A DNA stretch of 64,000 bases. Origin: a virus. Position 1 is the first letter of the stretch, and every line of letters starts with the position of its first letter. The notes under the pieces are model-generated. The model was not told the origin of the DNA, made no database searches, and was given only the letters and a program-made list of their open reading frames with translations. The DNA is taken from the IMG/VR virus record IMGVR_UViG_3300023184_000090, positions 10,996-74,995 of that record; one strand, given 5' to 3'. Positions 48,101 through 56,289 of this stretch are shown in pieces. The position numbers and the translations under genes were made by a program.

Positions 48101-48868
48101 CCGAACATCAACTATAAGCCGCCTAAGCTACCTGTAACGACAACGCCGCCGGTTACAACCACGCCTCCGACAACACCGACCCCTGGCATCCCAACAGCAG
48201 CGTCAAGTAGCGGTTCAACCGGAGGTGCTTTGCCTGTTGCGCCATCTCCGACAATGCTAGGTGCGGCACCTGTTGCCGGTGAACAATCTGGACTTCAAGA
48301 GCTTATGCAAATGTACCCACAACTTACAAATGTTCGACCTGACATTATGAAGCTTTTGTCAGCAAAGTCGCCCACTAAGCAGTCATCTTCAAGCTCAGGC
48401 ATGGGCACACCACTGATGAATGCAAGCATTTCAGGCGCACCATCGCCGCTATCGCCATTGCGGTCAATAGGCGGCACAAGCAGTGGTGGTCTTGGTGATG
48501 CATCAACGTCAAATTCGCCTACCGGATTGATGAACCAAGGTATAAAATTGCTTGGGTATGCAAAAGGCGGGTCTGTAGAAGACCACGTGCCTGAATTCAT
48601 CACTGGAAAAACAGGTAACTATGTTCGAGGTGAAGGTGACGGCCAAAGCGATGACATCCCTGCAATGCTTGCAGACGGTGAATACGTGTTTGATGCGGAT
48701 GTTGTTGCGGCACTAGGCAATGGCTCTAACGAGGCAGGTGCCGAAGTTCTTGATAAGTTGCGTGAGGCAATTAGGAAGCATAAGCGATCTGCGCCTGATG
48801 ACAAGATCCCACCAAAAGCAAAATCGCCTCTTGAATATCTAAAGGACGCATATCATGCCATTGACTGA
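45128..48868 (+). CDS. large internal virion/ejection protein
   Basis: Ala-rich helical N-half, Pro/acidic repeats, C-terminal YAKGG...GDGQSDDIPAMLADGEYVFDADVV domain. Confidence 0.7.
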   Translation: MNRQAWALLGVPDLPVDAFKHVGDRKIKPHILGIDNPFHGDSNSNGSSGGGGGWDPFNGSIIPGVNNPFQGGSSTWLPGAGDLNPFNPNSAVGQATRGVGELNVWNPDSEAGKIANKLAKDIGSTVEAIAKDPKKLAAVAVMIAFPAAASSVASYLLPAEFVAAYPTIATIIGQTAVNTATNGGDVKAAVTSAALQYGAPKAADWLAKSYASDAVSRALTDWAAKATVDVGLSAAMGKDPMTALIFSGQQAAVDAVLKYTGIGDQVSKLPDTAAKALKAAVTAKFNGVDPSKAAANAMVQDAIASAQNMVKAQAKLAAAGVKTLTEKQLAGIPHILTPAAAESLVKVQQAADKAGHALTAKDINEASWSFKDNGGDADTWQELTTVDQDAINKIIGSWDNADDKTDSSSTSNPTNINANQKFYESLADDFIVAVDQNGNQYTKAQYEDWLDSQDDTATEPTSQPLKPTPPPPTAVTLVTPDMPDVDSYSDREVSNATRLWVENHGRQPTEDELQNVLSGGWGKYDAPAVQQPGQPTGSLPVASEDTSEPGNIFAFGRSWTKSEYDNYVEEQRAAAEAKYAADLQAAQAAQRAKTEAESNAAHLKWEQEQLALGRHVYKPSEPAQPPAALPVAPPPPIEPAALPVTQPTEPVQTALPVTLPPPTGTQLASADRNFSAEAGPITVTGTPIFAGDSRSNDVDPPPGFRLLDKSEGTPKFNEELDGYVDTQKGTFYDPVQNAWFTKDVNSTAEIAELRDWLLNSGLPAGFGNVVADLAEDGGVGPNTELELSDEDIALYQSIAQNDGFLSLTPNGSYKWVKTNDPSAFDDEEGYYVVGDSGESQWVDKETLQTIDDILEEHKTPDKPDGALPVIDGRETTGPLTNPTTGPSTDGPTGPSTDGPTGPSTDGPTGPLTDPVTDPVTDPVTDPVTDPVTDPVEEEPVEEEPVTDPVTDPVEEEPDGGCGEGWHWDGSKCVLDDDPVPVTKEDDIPTDDPNINYKPPKLPVTTTPPVTTTPPTTPTPGIPTAASSSGSTGGALPVAPSPTMLGAAPVAGEQSGLQELMQMYPQLTNVRPDIMKLLSAKSPTKQSSSSSGMGTPLMNASISGAPSPLSPLRSIGGTSSGGLGDASTSNSPTGLMNQGIKLLGYAKGGSVEDHVPEFITGKTGNYVRGEGDGQSDDIPAMLADGEYVFDADVVAALGNGSNEAGAEVLDKLREAIRKHKRSAPDDKIPPKAKSPLEYLKDAYHAID
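47777..47999 (+). repeat. nested coding tandem repeats (24-, 12- and 15-bp units)
   Basis: TGPSTDGP x3, TDPV x6 then x2, EEEP(V) x3. Confidence 0.9.
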
Positions 48869-49943
48869 AGGCGCACCACTCGCAAACATTACAACCACGC
48901 AAGGGCAGACAACCACTGCCCCAACGTGGTACACCGACTATCTTAGCGATGCAGCTAAGAACGTTACAGCACAAACCACAGGCCCTAATGCTGCACAGTA
49001 CGTAGGTGCTCAGCCGCTACAAGAACAGGCGTATACTGCAGCAGGTGCACTACCTGGCACATATCAGCCATCACTTCAGTCTGGCTTGGCTTTAACCAAC
49101 ACGGTCGGCTCTACTGATGTAGCAAAACGTGCCGGCGAGTTCATGAACCCCTACACACAGAACGTAGTGGATGCAATGGGCACTCTAGGCCAACGGAATA
49201 TTCAACAGTTCTTGGCGCCACAAGCCACTTCAGCTGCTGTAGGATCAGGTCAGTTTGGTTCTAAACGAGGAGCTGAGGTACTAGGCCAGGCGATTAACAC
49301 AGGCCTCCAGAACATCAACTACAATCAAGGACAGGCCTTGCAGACTGGGTATACCCAGGCACTTCAAGCCGCCCAAGCAGATCAGCAAAACAAGCTGGCT
49401 GCAGGTGCTCAAATGGGTAGTCTTGCCACGGCAGGCCAGAACTTGGATCTTGCAGACATCAATGCACTGTCTACGATGGGTGCTCAGCAACAGACCATCA
49501 AGCAAAACAAAGAGATGTTCCCGCTGGAGACAATTAACAAGGGTGCACAAGCACTTCGTGGTTACAGCATTCCGACGTCTGTTAGTTCTACGTACACAGG
49601 GCCTATCCCAGGTGCATACTCTGCATCGCCATTACAGCAAATTGCAGGTCTCGGTGCAGTGGTTGCAGGTGCAAGTGGGACAGACTTTGGCAAAGCAGTC
49701 GGCAATACGCTAAAGACGTCATGGGATCAAGCATTTAACCCAACTAAGATTGACAGCACTAAAGTCCCGCCTGGTTATACGCTTGACAAGAGCGGTAACT
49801 TTATGACTGATGCAAATGGGAATCGATACACCGTTGATGAAAAAGGCAATATCAGCGGCTTTAACCCAGTCACATCTTGGGAAAGTGAGCCTACTGTAGG
49901 CGACAACACAGGTGACGACGGCACAGACACCACAGGCGACTAA
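48855..49943 (+). CDS. putative DNA ejection protein
   Basis: Gln/Ala-rich; FMNPYTQNVV, GQFGSKRG, SPLQQIAGLG. Confidence 0.65.
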   Translation: MPLTEGAPLANITTTQGQTTTAPTWYTDYLSDAAKNVTAQTTGPNAAQYVGAQPLQEQAYTAAGALPGTYQPSLQSGLALTNTVGSTDVAKRAGEFMNPYTQNVVDAMGTLGQRNIQQFLAPQATSAAVGSGQFGSKRGAEVLGQAINTGLQNINYNQGQALQTGYTQALQAAQADQQNKLAAGAQMGSLATAGQNLDLADINALSTMGAQQQTIKQNKEMFPLETINKGAQALRGYSIPTSVSSTYTGPIPGAYSASPLQQIAGLGAVVAGASGTDFGKAVGNTLKTSWDQAFNPTKIDSTKVPPGYTLDKSGNFMTDANGNRYTVDEKGNISGFNPVTSWESEPTVGDNTGDDGTDTTGD

Positions 49944-49956
49944 TCGGAGCAACTAA

Positions 49957-51618
49957 ATGGCACTACCTGTAAGCAATCCTGTTCCGTCATCCATTCCTAC
50001 GATGCTTGGGTCGGATGATCAAGCAAAGACTGAGTACTTTGATGCACTTCAAAAGACGCTAACTGCACTTGAAGCTCGTGCAAACCAAGGCACCAACTGG
50101 TGGCAAATTGCAGCGGCTGCACTAAACCCAGGCAGAACCGGCACGTTTGGTGAAGCCGTTGGCAACATTGCAGGCGCCATGGGTGCACAGCAAGACAAAC
50201 AGCTTGAGATGCAAATACCTATTGCACAAGCAAGGGCACAGATTTCAGGGCAGAAATACGAAGTTGAGAATCAGTCCAAGGCAATTAAGATGTTGTCTGC
50301 GGCAATAGGCATGCCGCCAGAACAAGTTTCGCAACAGCTTGCTAACGGCTCTCTACCTCCTGCTGCAGTGGCTAACATCTCGCCTCAAGCATACGCTGCA
50401 ATTGCAACCTTGTCGCCTAAAGTCGGTGACATTGTAAAGAACATTGCCGAAATGAGCAATAAAAATGCAACCTTAAACCTGGAAACTGATAAGTTTAAAG
50501 AAGTAAAGACACAGAACCAAGTTACTAATGCAAGAGAAGATCTAAAGTCTGGCATGGGCATTGCTGAGTTGGTTGCAAAGTATGGCCAAGCCATTGTTAG
50601 CATGATCAACACTAATAAACCTTCGGCACCTGCGCCTGCACCGATACCTGGCAGCCCTGGAACTGGCGGCCCTGGGATGCCTGCACCTCCTCCTATGCAA
50701 GTAGGCGTACCTGGGCCACAGCCTACAGCACCTCCAATGGTTGGTCCCCCACAAATGAGCATGCCTGCAGTCCAAGGGCCGCCAGCTGCACCTCCGATGG
50801 CACCTCGTCCTGCGCCGGCTCCTGCAGGTGGTATGCCACCGCTTTCATCAGGTCCGACAATTGCACCAAGACCAAGCCCAATGTCAGGCATTCGGCCTGA
50901 CTTGCAAGTACCTCCTGATGTTACACAAACAGCAAACGACTTGGCAGGATTGCCATTGGCAGGTCAAATTGAAGTTCAGAAGAAGCGAATAGAAGATGCT
51001 GACAAGATATGGCAGACCAAGCGTGATGAGATCATTAACTACACGCCACAGCTTGTACAAGGATCCAATACGAATCTTCGTAAGCTAGATTTCTACGCAA
51101 CTAAGTACCCTGAGGTCTTTGGGCTAATGCAAAAGCAAGGCACAATTGCAGCATTGCAACAAGCAGCACAAGATGGCGTTAATCTGTCAGCAGGTCAGTT
51201 CAATGCTCGGATCGGGTTAAACGTTAAAGGGTTCTTAGAGAAAGTCAGGCTAGACACTGATCAGCAACAAGCAGTGCGTGATGTCACTCGTGTCTTAGGC
51301 GAAGAGTTTTTGTCTAACGTTAAAGCCAATAAAGGCTTGTTGGGTGTGAACCCCACGGATAACGATGCTCGTTTGTTGCAGGCACCTATGGTGAACACGG
51401 ATGATTCATCCAAGGCGGTTCAAATGTGGGCACGGAATCAACTGTTATTGAACAAGCAGCGTGAAGCTTTGTACAACGGTTACCAACAGCATGCTGAAAA
51501 AGCAGGGCCTAGTGCATCGCCTGGTAGCTTCTTCCGTCCTGGCAGCATCTACGAGAAAATCAACGATGACTATGCCAAGTATCGCATGCAGCTGTTCAAT
51601 CAATTCAATCCCAAGTGA
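49957..51618 (+). CDS. putative DNA ejection protein
   Basis: helical with central Pro-rich linker. Confidence 0.6.
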   Translation: MALPVSNPVPSSIPTMLGSDDQAKTEYFDALQKTLTALEARANQGTNWWQIAAAALNPGRTGTFGEAVGNIAGAMGAQQDKQLEMQIPIAQARAQISGQKYEVENQSKAIKMLSAAIGMPPEQVSQQLANGSLPPAAVANISPQAYAAIATLSPKVGDIVKNIAEMSNKNATLNLETDKFKEVKTQNQVTNAREDLKSGMGIAELVAKYGQAIVSMINTNKPSAPAPAPIPGSPGTGGPGMPAPPPMQVGVPGPQPTAPPMVGPPQMSMPAVQGPPAAPPMAPRPAPAPAGGMPPLSSGPTIAPRPSPMSGIRPDLQVPPDVTQTANDLAGLPLAGQIEVQKKRIEDADKIWQTKRDEIINYTPQLVQGSNTNLRKLDFYATKYPEVFGLMQKQGTIAALQQAAQDGVNLSAGQFNARIGLNVKGFLEKVRLDTDQQQAVRDVTRVLGEEFLSNVKANKGLLGVNPTDNDARLLQAPMVNTDDSSKAVQMWARNQLLLNKQREALYNGYQQHAEKAGPSASPGSFFRPGSIYEKINDDYAKYRMQLFNQFNPK

Positions 51619-51626
51619 GGTAGTGC

Positions 51627-52808
51627 ATGACTGATGTCGATAAGATCTTAAACACACCTCCTGGTCAAGCCTTGGCCAATGAAGATCAAGACATGGGCAA
51701 CCCACTTGCCGAACTTGACCCTATCTTTGCAGCGCCTATCGGCGCCAGTCCTGGTGCCGGCAAGCCGACAACAACTAAGCAACCGTACGACTACACACCT
51801 GAGCTTGTAGGCGGTGTGACAGGTGCAGTTGTAGGAAATAGAGCACCCAAGTATGAAAACCCAAAGTTGCTTGGGGCAAAAGCAGATCTTGCCAGTGCAC
51901 AAGCCGTCGAAGGTGGTGTTAATAGCGATCTGATTAAAAAGCAAGGCGCTCGTTTAGATGCCATGGACACTGCACGTCTTGCAGCACAAGATGCACAAGC
52001 CGAAGTAAACGCTACACGTCAGGCACTGTCACAAGCTGAAGCAAATGCATCCAAGTTTTCAGTGCCAGAAAAAACAGCTCTTCCTGCTGCACAAGTAGCC
52101 GAAGATGTTGCCAAAGGCACATCAGAAGTCAAAGGTGCATTGACCCAAGGTGCTCTTCGACACTCTGAGAAGATGGGTGAAGTCCGAGAAGCCAACCAAG
52201 TCAGGAAAGGCATTGCCGGGTATCAGCAAGGTCTGCCTGCTTCCGAACGTATGCCCTTAACCGGATATTCACAGTCAAGCCGCTTGATCGTGCCGAATGA
52301 GCTGGCTAATGCGCCCGTTAAAACCGCTGCACAGATCGAAGCTGAAAATGCGCTTAATAAAGCAAAAGAAGCCCATGACGCAGCTATTAAACGTGCTGCT
52401 GACTTGAAAGTCCAACAAGAGCGATTGGCAAAACCGTCAGGCAGTGAAGCAAGAAATCTTGAAAATCTTGACAAAGCCAAGAATGCAAGGTTGGGCGCCC
52501 AAGCCACTGTGGATGAACTTACCAAAGCAAGAAGCTTGCTGTCTAAGATCCCAGGGCTCAATATGATCATGGGCGGATTGTCAGGCGCAGAGCTTGTCTA
52601 TGCATACCGACAGCTAGAAGCTGGCAACACTGTTGATGCCGTGATAGCAGGGTTAAGCGGCGTCGGTGGGTTGGTCAGCCTTGCACCACATCCTGCAGCA
52701 AAGCTGGTTGGGACTGCTATGACGATCCCTGGGTTGGCATACCAAGGCTACAAGGAAGCCAAAGAGCAAGGCTTTGAAATGCCAACCGTCAACTCAATGG
52801 GCAATTAA
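51627..52808 (+). CDS. putative DNA ejection protein, last late gene
   Basis: Ala-rich coiled coil with hydrophobic Gly-rich C-terminal helices. Confidence 0.6.
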   Translation: MTDVDKILNTPPGQALANEDQDMGNPLAELDPIFAAPIGASPGAGKPTTTKQPYDYTPELVGGVTGAVVGNRAPKYENPKLLGAKADLASAQAVEGGVNSDLIKKQGARLDAMDTARLAAQDAQAEVNATRQALSQAEANASKFSVPEKTALPAAQVAEDVAKGTSEVKGALTQGALRHSEKMGEVREANQVRKGIAGYQQGLPASERMPLTGYSQSSRLIVPNELANAPVKTAAQIEAENALNKAKEAHDAAIKRAADLKVQQERLAKPSGSEARNLENLDKAKNARLGAQATVDELTKARSLLSKIPGLNMIMGGLSGAELVYAYRQLEAGNTVDAVIAGLSGVGGLVSLAPHPAAKLVGTAMTIPGLAYQGYKEAKEQGFEMPTVNSMGN

Positions 52809-53095
52809 GCCGAGTCAATCGCCGACTTTGCTTTTTCGATCATTTGGTTCTGGATGTTCTTGACATCCGTAACAGACAAATGAACCACATTGTCATGCTC
52901 TTCATTAGATGCCACAACCAATGCTGACTCAATGGCGTGCTTACAGCGTTGCCGCATCAGTATGCCGCCTACTGTAAAAGCTTCAAGCCAAACACTGTAA
53001 GGGTCTTTGACCAGTTGCTTATTGCCGGTGTGGTTGCATAGTGCAACCCATTCATCAAATGCTTTTTTGATTTCGTGGTCTGTAAGAAGTATCAC
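52805..53095 (-). CDS. hypothetical protein
   Basis: probable GTG start overlapping the upstream TGA. Confidence 0.6.
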   Translation of the reverse strand: MILLTDHEIKKAFDEWVALCNHTGNKQLVKDPYSVWLEAFTVGGILMRQRCKHAIESALVVASNEEHDNVVHLSVTDVKNIQNQMIEKAKSAIDSA

Positions 53096-53781
53096 AGCTC
53101 TTTTCCTTTCGTGTTGAGCCACATGCGCAATGTTGACATACCGCCATCTATGAGCACATGGTTGTGAAATTTCTGGTACTTATGGTACAAGGGGTGGTTG
53201 ATGAAATTCTTCATAAGCAAGTATGCATCAGCATCAGGCGCCTCCATGCCCATAGCTCTATCGGTGTCAATGCATTTAACATTGAAGTCTTGCCCAAACT
53301 CTTTGGTGATGAGATGACCTTGGTCATTTAGCAAACCAATGATGACAACCCGTGGCTTATGAACGCCAGTGCTTTCATACGTAGGGTTGTGTTTTTCGAC
53401 TCTAAACTCATGTTCTAGCTCTTTGACAGCAGCCCTAACTTGTGTCTTCACCATACCTGCGATTCTTGCAACTATGGCTTCTACTAGGCCGTCCAAACTA
53501 ACTTCTGTAGGCGCCGATGGAGGCTCTATCATAGGAGTTTGCACAGTTGGTGCCACAGTTGGTGCCACAGGCTCTATGTAGTACTTAATTGTCTTCTTTA
53601 GCTTGTCGGTTAAGTTCGCGCATGATGAGTGCGAATTAAATTGCCGACGACGATTTTCAGGGATGACCGTTTGTGCCTGCTTTAACGCATCATATGCGCC
53701 AAGCCCATGTCTATGCATTATCTCAATTGCACGACCGAGCACGCAATCTTCTTCAGCTTTTGTCCAAAATATCTTTTTCAT
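53092..53781 (-). CDS. hypothetical protein with DUF2325-like C-terminal alpha/beta domain
   Basis: RVVIIG...ADAYLLMKNFINH...GGMSTL. Confidence 0.55.
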   Translation of the reverse strand: MKKIFWTKAEEDCVLGRAIEIMHRHGLGAYDALKQAQTVIPENRRRQFNSHSSCANLTDKLKKTIKYYIEPVAPTVAPTVQTPMIEPPSAPTEVSLDGLVEAIVARIAGMVKTQVRAAVKELEHEFRVEKHNPTYESTGVHKPRVVIIGLLNDQGHLITKEFGQDFNVKCIDTDRAMGMEAPDADAYLLMKNFINHPLYHKYQKFHNHVLIDGGMSTLRMWLNTKGKEL

Positions 53782-54040
53782 GTTTAGCCTTTTTGCAGTA
53801 GTTGTGTTTAGTGACATAGTAACGATAGTGCCGTACGCTTCTATTGAGCGCTTGCTTTCTAAGATCGAATTCTCCACATACGTCAACTTGTCGTTCAAGG
53901 TGAACAACAACTCGACCTAATGCCTTGATTGTGCGACTTTTCCAGTTAGGGTTGTCCTTCACAAATCGGCTAAAGATTAGTTTCCGCCTCTTTAGCGTCA
54001 TTTTCGACAGAGAACTTTGAATGTCGAACCAAGTGTTCAT
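53753..54040 (-). CDS. basic hypothetical protein
   Basis: ATGA-coupled to the ThyX-like gene. Confidence 0.55.
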   Translation of the reverse strand: MNTWFDIQSSLSKMTLKRRKLIFSRFVKDNPNWKSRTIKALGRVVVHLERQVDVCGEFDLRKQALNRSVRHYRYYVTKHNYCKKAKHEKDILDKS

Positions 54041-54960
54041 CGATGTGATTTCTCGATAGCATCAATCTGGTTCAACAAATTTTCACGAATCTTTAGATAG
54101 ACATCGCTACCTGCGTATTCATCCCTACCTTGCGTGTGGTAGAACTGTTCTTCACACCAGTCGAAGTTGTCGTTCTTTGCATTAGGCGGAAAGATGTTTG
54201 TTTTGCCTTTGGCTGATTGACGTTGGTAGAACACATCCGGTTTACGGAAGTCCACCAACCCCTTAAGAAACGGATACTTCTTAAGAACCTCCAGCCATAG
54301 CTTCATGGCAATGATGTTGTCTACAGTCGTTTGAATCTGTTCATCACCGCGCATAATGCAGTAGCCAATAAGATCTTTGATAGTGCAGCGAACCATATAA
54401 AAATGCTCAAAATTTCTAGGCATAATTGTACGAGTATCCAAGCCATGTACAAGCCCACTATCAAGCATATCCACATAAAGATCCCTAGCCATAGTAGTGA
54501 TTTGCTTATAGCGGTCATAGAAGTCCTTGTTAGCCATGATGCTTGGTTTGACCATCACACGGTCATCTCGCATATCCCGGTCACCATGCACCTGGGCTGC
54601 AAAACTAAACAACCGATGCCTAATTAGGTGAGTTGTATCAACCATGTCCATGCCATTCACGGACCAAGTGATGTTGATGGTTTCCATGGCGGTTGGCAAT
54701 AGTTCGTACTTAAACAGCTCATCAACAGTTTGATCAATGTCAGCCTCTGGGAATTCCCACTGAATCTTGTCATTCCAGGTGTTCATTAAGAACACGGAGA
54801 TCGTCTTCCTGAATTCCGGAATAGTAGGTGCATGGATGATCTGCACGTCGATGTTTTCCAGCTGGTTGACAAACTCTATTGGCCCAGGCTGTTTGCCGAA
54901 CTTAAGAGTTGTATGCATCTTTTGGAGATGCGGCATTTGTGATTTAGTGACTTTAGGCAT
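54037..54960 (-). CDS. thyX: divergent ThyX-fold (flavin-dependent thymidylate synthase-like) enzyme
   Basis: HLIRHRLFSF, Y..ML.SG....DTRTIMP, L..Y...RGD..IQ align with ThyX; the RHRx7S serine is absent. Confidence 0.8.
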   Translation of the reverse strand: MPKVTKSQMPHLQKMHTTLKFGKQPGPIEFVNQLENIDVQIIHAPTIPEFRKTISVFLMNTWNDKIQWEFPEADIDQTVDELFKYELLPTAMETINITWSVNGMDMVDTTHLIRHRLFSFAAQVHGDRDMRDDRVMVKPSIMANKDFYDRYKQITTMARDLYVDMLDSGLVHGLDTRTIMPRNFEHFYMVRCTIKDLIGYCIMRGDEQIQTTVDNIIAMKLWLEVLKKYPFLKGLVDFRKPDVFYQRQSAKGKTNIFPPNAKNDNFDWCEEQFYHTQGRDEYAGSDVYLKIRENLLNQIDAIEKSHR

Positions 54961-55234
54961 TTTTTGTTTCCTTGTTGAGTTGAATTTCTACTAGACGTGC
55001 GTAACCTGCAATGTCGGTCCAGCTATCCACATGTGTGGGTGATACAGCCAACCGAGAAAGTTTCATGGCGATTTTGGAGAGATAAATAACATGGACAGGA
55101 TCCATCTCAGCATTGTGCTGTTTGCGATACCTGTTAGTTATATTTTCAAGGATAACCGCTTCTAATGAAACACCCTCAAAAAAATCCCCGTAAACCTCAC
55201 CTCTCTGCTCTAAGACTTGATCTGTCGTTTTCAT
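54953..55234 (-). CDS. DUF6378-like small helical protein (possible NTP pyrophosphatase)
   Basis: LEQRGEVYGDF...KLSRL....HVDSWTDIAGYARL. Confidence 0.7.
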   Translation of the reverse strand: MKTTDQVLEQRGEVYGDFFEGVSLEAVILENITNRYRKQHNAEMDPVHVIYLSKIAMKLSRLAVSPTHVDSWTDIAGYARLVEIQLNKETKNA

Positions 55235-55743
55235 GGCACCACCTTATAAGGCTCAAGTTTTTCCTCAAGTTTAGATAGCCGTTTCAAGCTATTCTCGTGG
55301 ACATCCACCATGTAACCGCCGTTACCTAGGCCGATCTCATTGGCAGAATACTGAAGGCATTGCAAAGCATCGGCATAGTGAACAGCCAGTGCTTCCGGTG
55401 TGTCCTCGTGGTACAGGTCACAAAATTCTCTAAGTGCATCTGGAAACCCTTGTACGATTTCTTGTTCAGCCAGTTTAAGGGCTTTTGCAACTATAGGAAA
55501 GTTCTTCTTGACCAGGTGGTTTACATCAGAGATTTCCATTTCAGCCAGATCATGACAAATGGCAATCTTGACTGCCTTGTCAACATCAAACTTGTAGTCT
55601 GCTGATAGCATCATGACGCCTAGTGCCACGAAGAAACTGTGTGTTGCCACACTTTCCTGATGTATAACAGGCTTCATGCTATACCGTTTGGTGTGCTCAA
55701 GCGTGTAGCTTTGCATGAAGAAAGCAAAATCACCTTTATTCAT
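55231..55743 (-). CDS. HD-domain phosphohydrolase (YfbR/DatZ-like deoxynucleotidase)
   Basis: KRY...ESVATHS, CHDLAE...SD, YADALQ. Confidence 0.88.
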   Translation of the reverse strand: MNKGDFAFFMQSYTLEHTKRYSMKPVIHQESVATHSFFVALGVMMLSADYKFDVDKAVKIAICHDLAEMEISDVNHLVKKNFPIVAKALKLAEQEIVQGFPDALREFCDLYHEDTPEALAVHYADALQCLQYSANEIGLGNGGYMVDVHENSLKRLSKLEEKLEPYKVVP

Positions 55744-56197
55744 AGCTAATGCTTTCCTCTGACCAGTTTTTACGAACAAACGTGCCAGTGCTTACAATGT
55801 GTTCTATGGCAGTATCCAGTTGTTTAAAGTCTCTGACCACTGAGCCTGATGCGGCCAGTACGAGGTTAAACTTTTGACCAGGTTCACCACCTAGCCATAC
55901 ATAGATAATAGGTATGCCTTTTGCATAGCACCAGCCGGCTTCAAACATTGTGCCAGGGTCTTTGCCGTCAGTAACGCAAATGGTTAAGTCGGTTTTGCGC
56001 AGTGCCACCAGGTTGATGTCTAAGACTTCTTCTGGCGTGGTTTTGCCAGGTGTGTACATACATTCATCTTTTGGACTGAAGTACTTTAGTACGCTAAGGC
56101 CCAAGTTGGTTTTGATTTGTTCAATGATGCGCACCTGTTCAGGATTGAAGAAGGGGCCTGCTATGTAGATGTATGGGTATCGTGAGATTGGTTGCAT
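55736..56197 (-). CDS. nucleoside 2-deoxyribosyltransferase / dNMP N-glycosidase family protein
   Basis: YIAGPFF, FSPK, DGKDPGTMFEAG (catalytic Glu), FNLVL. Confidence 0.88.
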   Translation of the reverse strand: MQPISRYPYIYIAGPFFNPEQVRIIEQIKTNLGLSVLKYFSPKDECMYTPGKTTPEEVLDINLVALRKTDLTICVTDGKDPGTMFEAGWCYAKGIPIIYVWLGGEPGQKFNLVLAASGSVVRDFKQLDTAIEHIVSTGTFVRKNWSEESISYE

Positions 56198-56229
56198 TTT
56201 GATCCTTACAGTTGTTAAGAAGTTTTGTT

Positions 56230-56283
56230 TGTTTACTTAGTAAACAGTTGCACTATACCATGTTTTCAGTAAAGTAAACACTT
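56230..56283 (-). promoter_or_regulatory. promoter of the nucleotide-metabolism operon with downstream palindrome
   Basis: Minus strand reads GTGTTTACTTT-ACTGAAAACATGG-TATAGT-GCAAC-TGTTTACT-A-AGTAAACA. Confidence 0.8.
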
Positions 56284-56289
56284 TATTTT

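Noticed and set aside
14952-52570. Many 60-170-aa minus-strand ORFs in the late region, and plus-strand ORFs over leftward genes
   Set aside because: They are antisense or alternate-frame shadows of long, motif-bearing genes and have no RBS or recognisable motifs.
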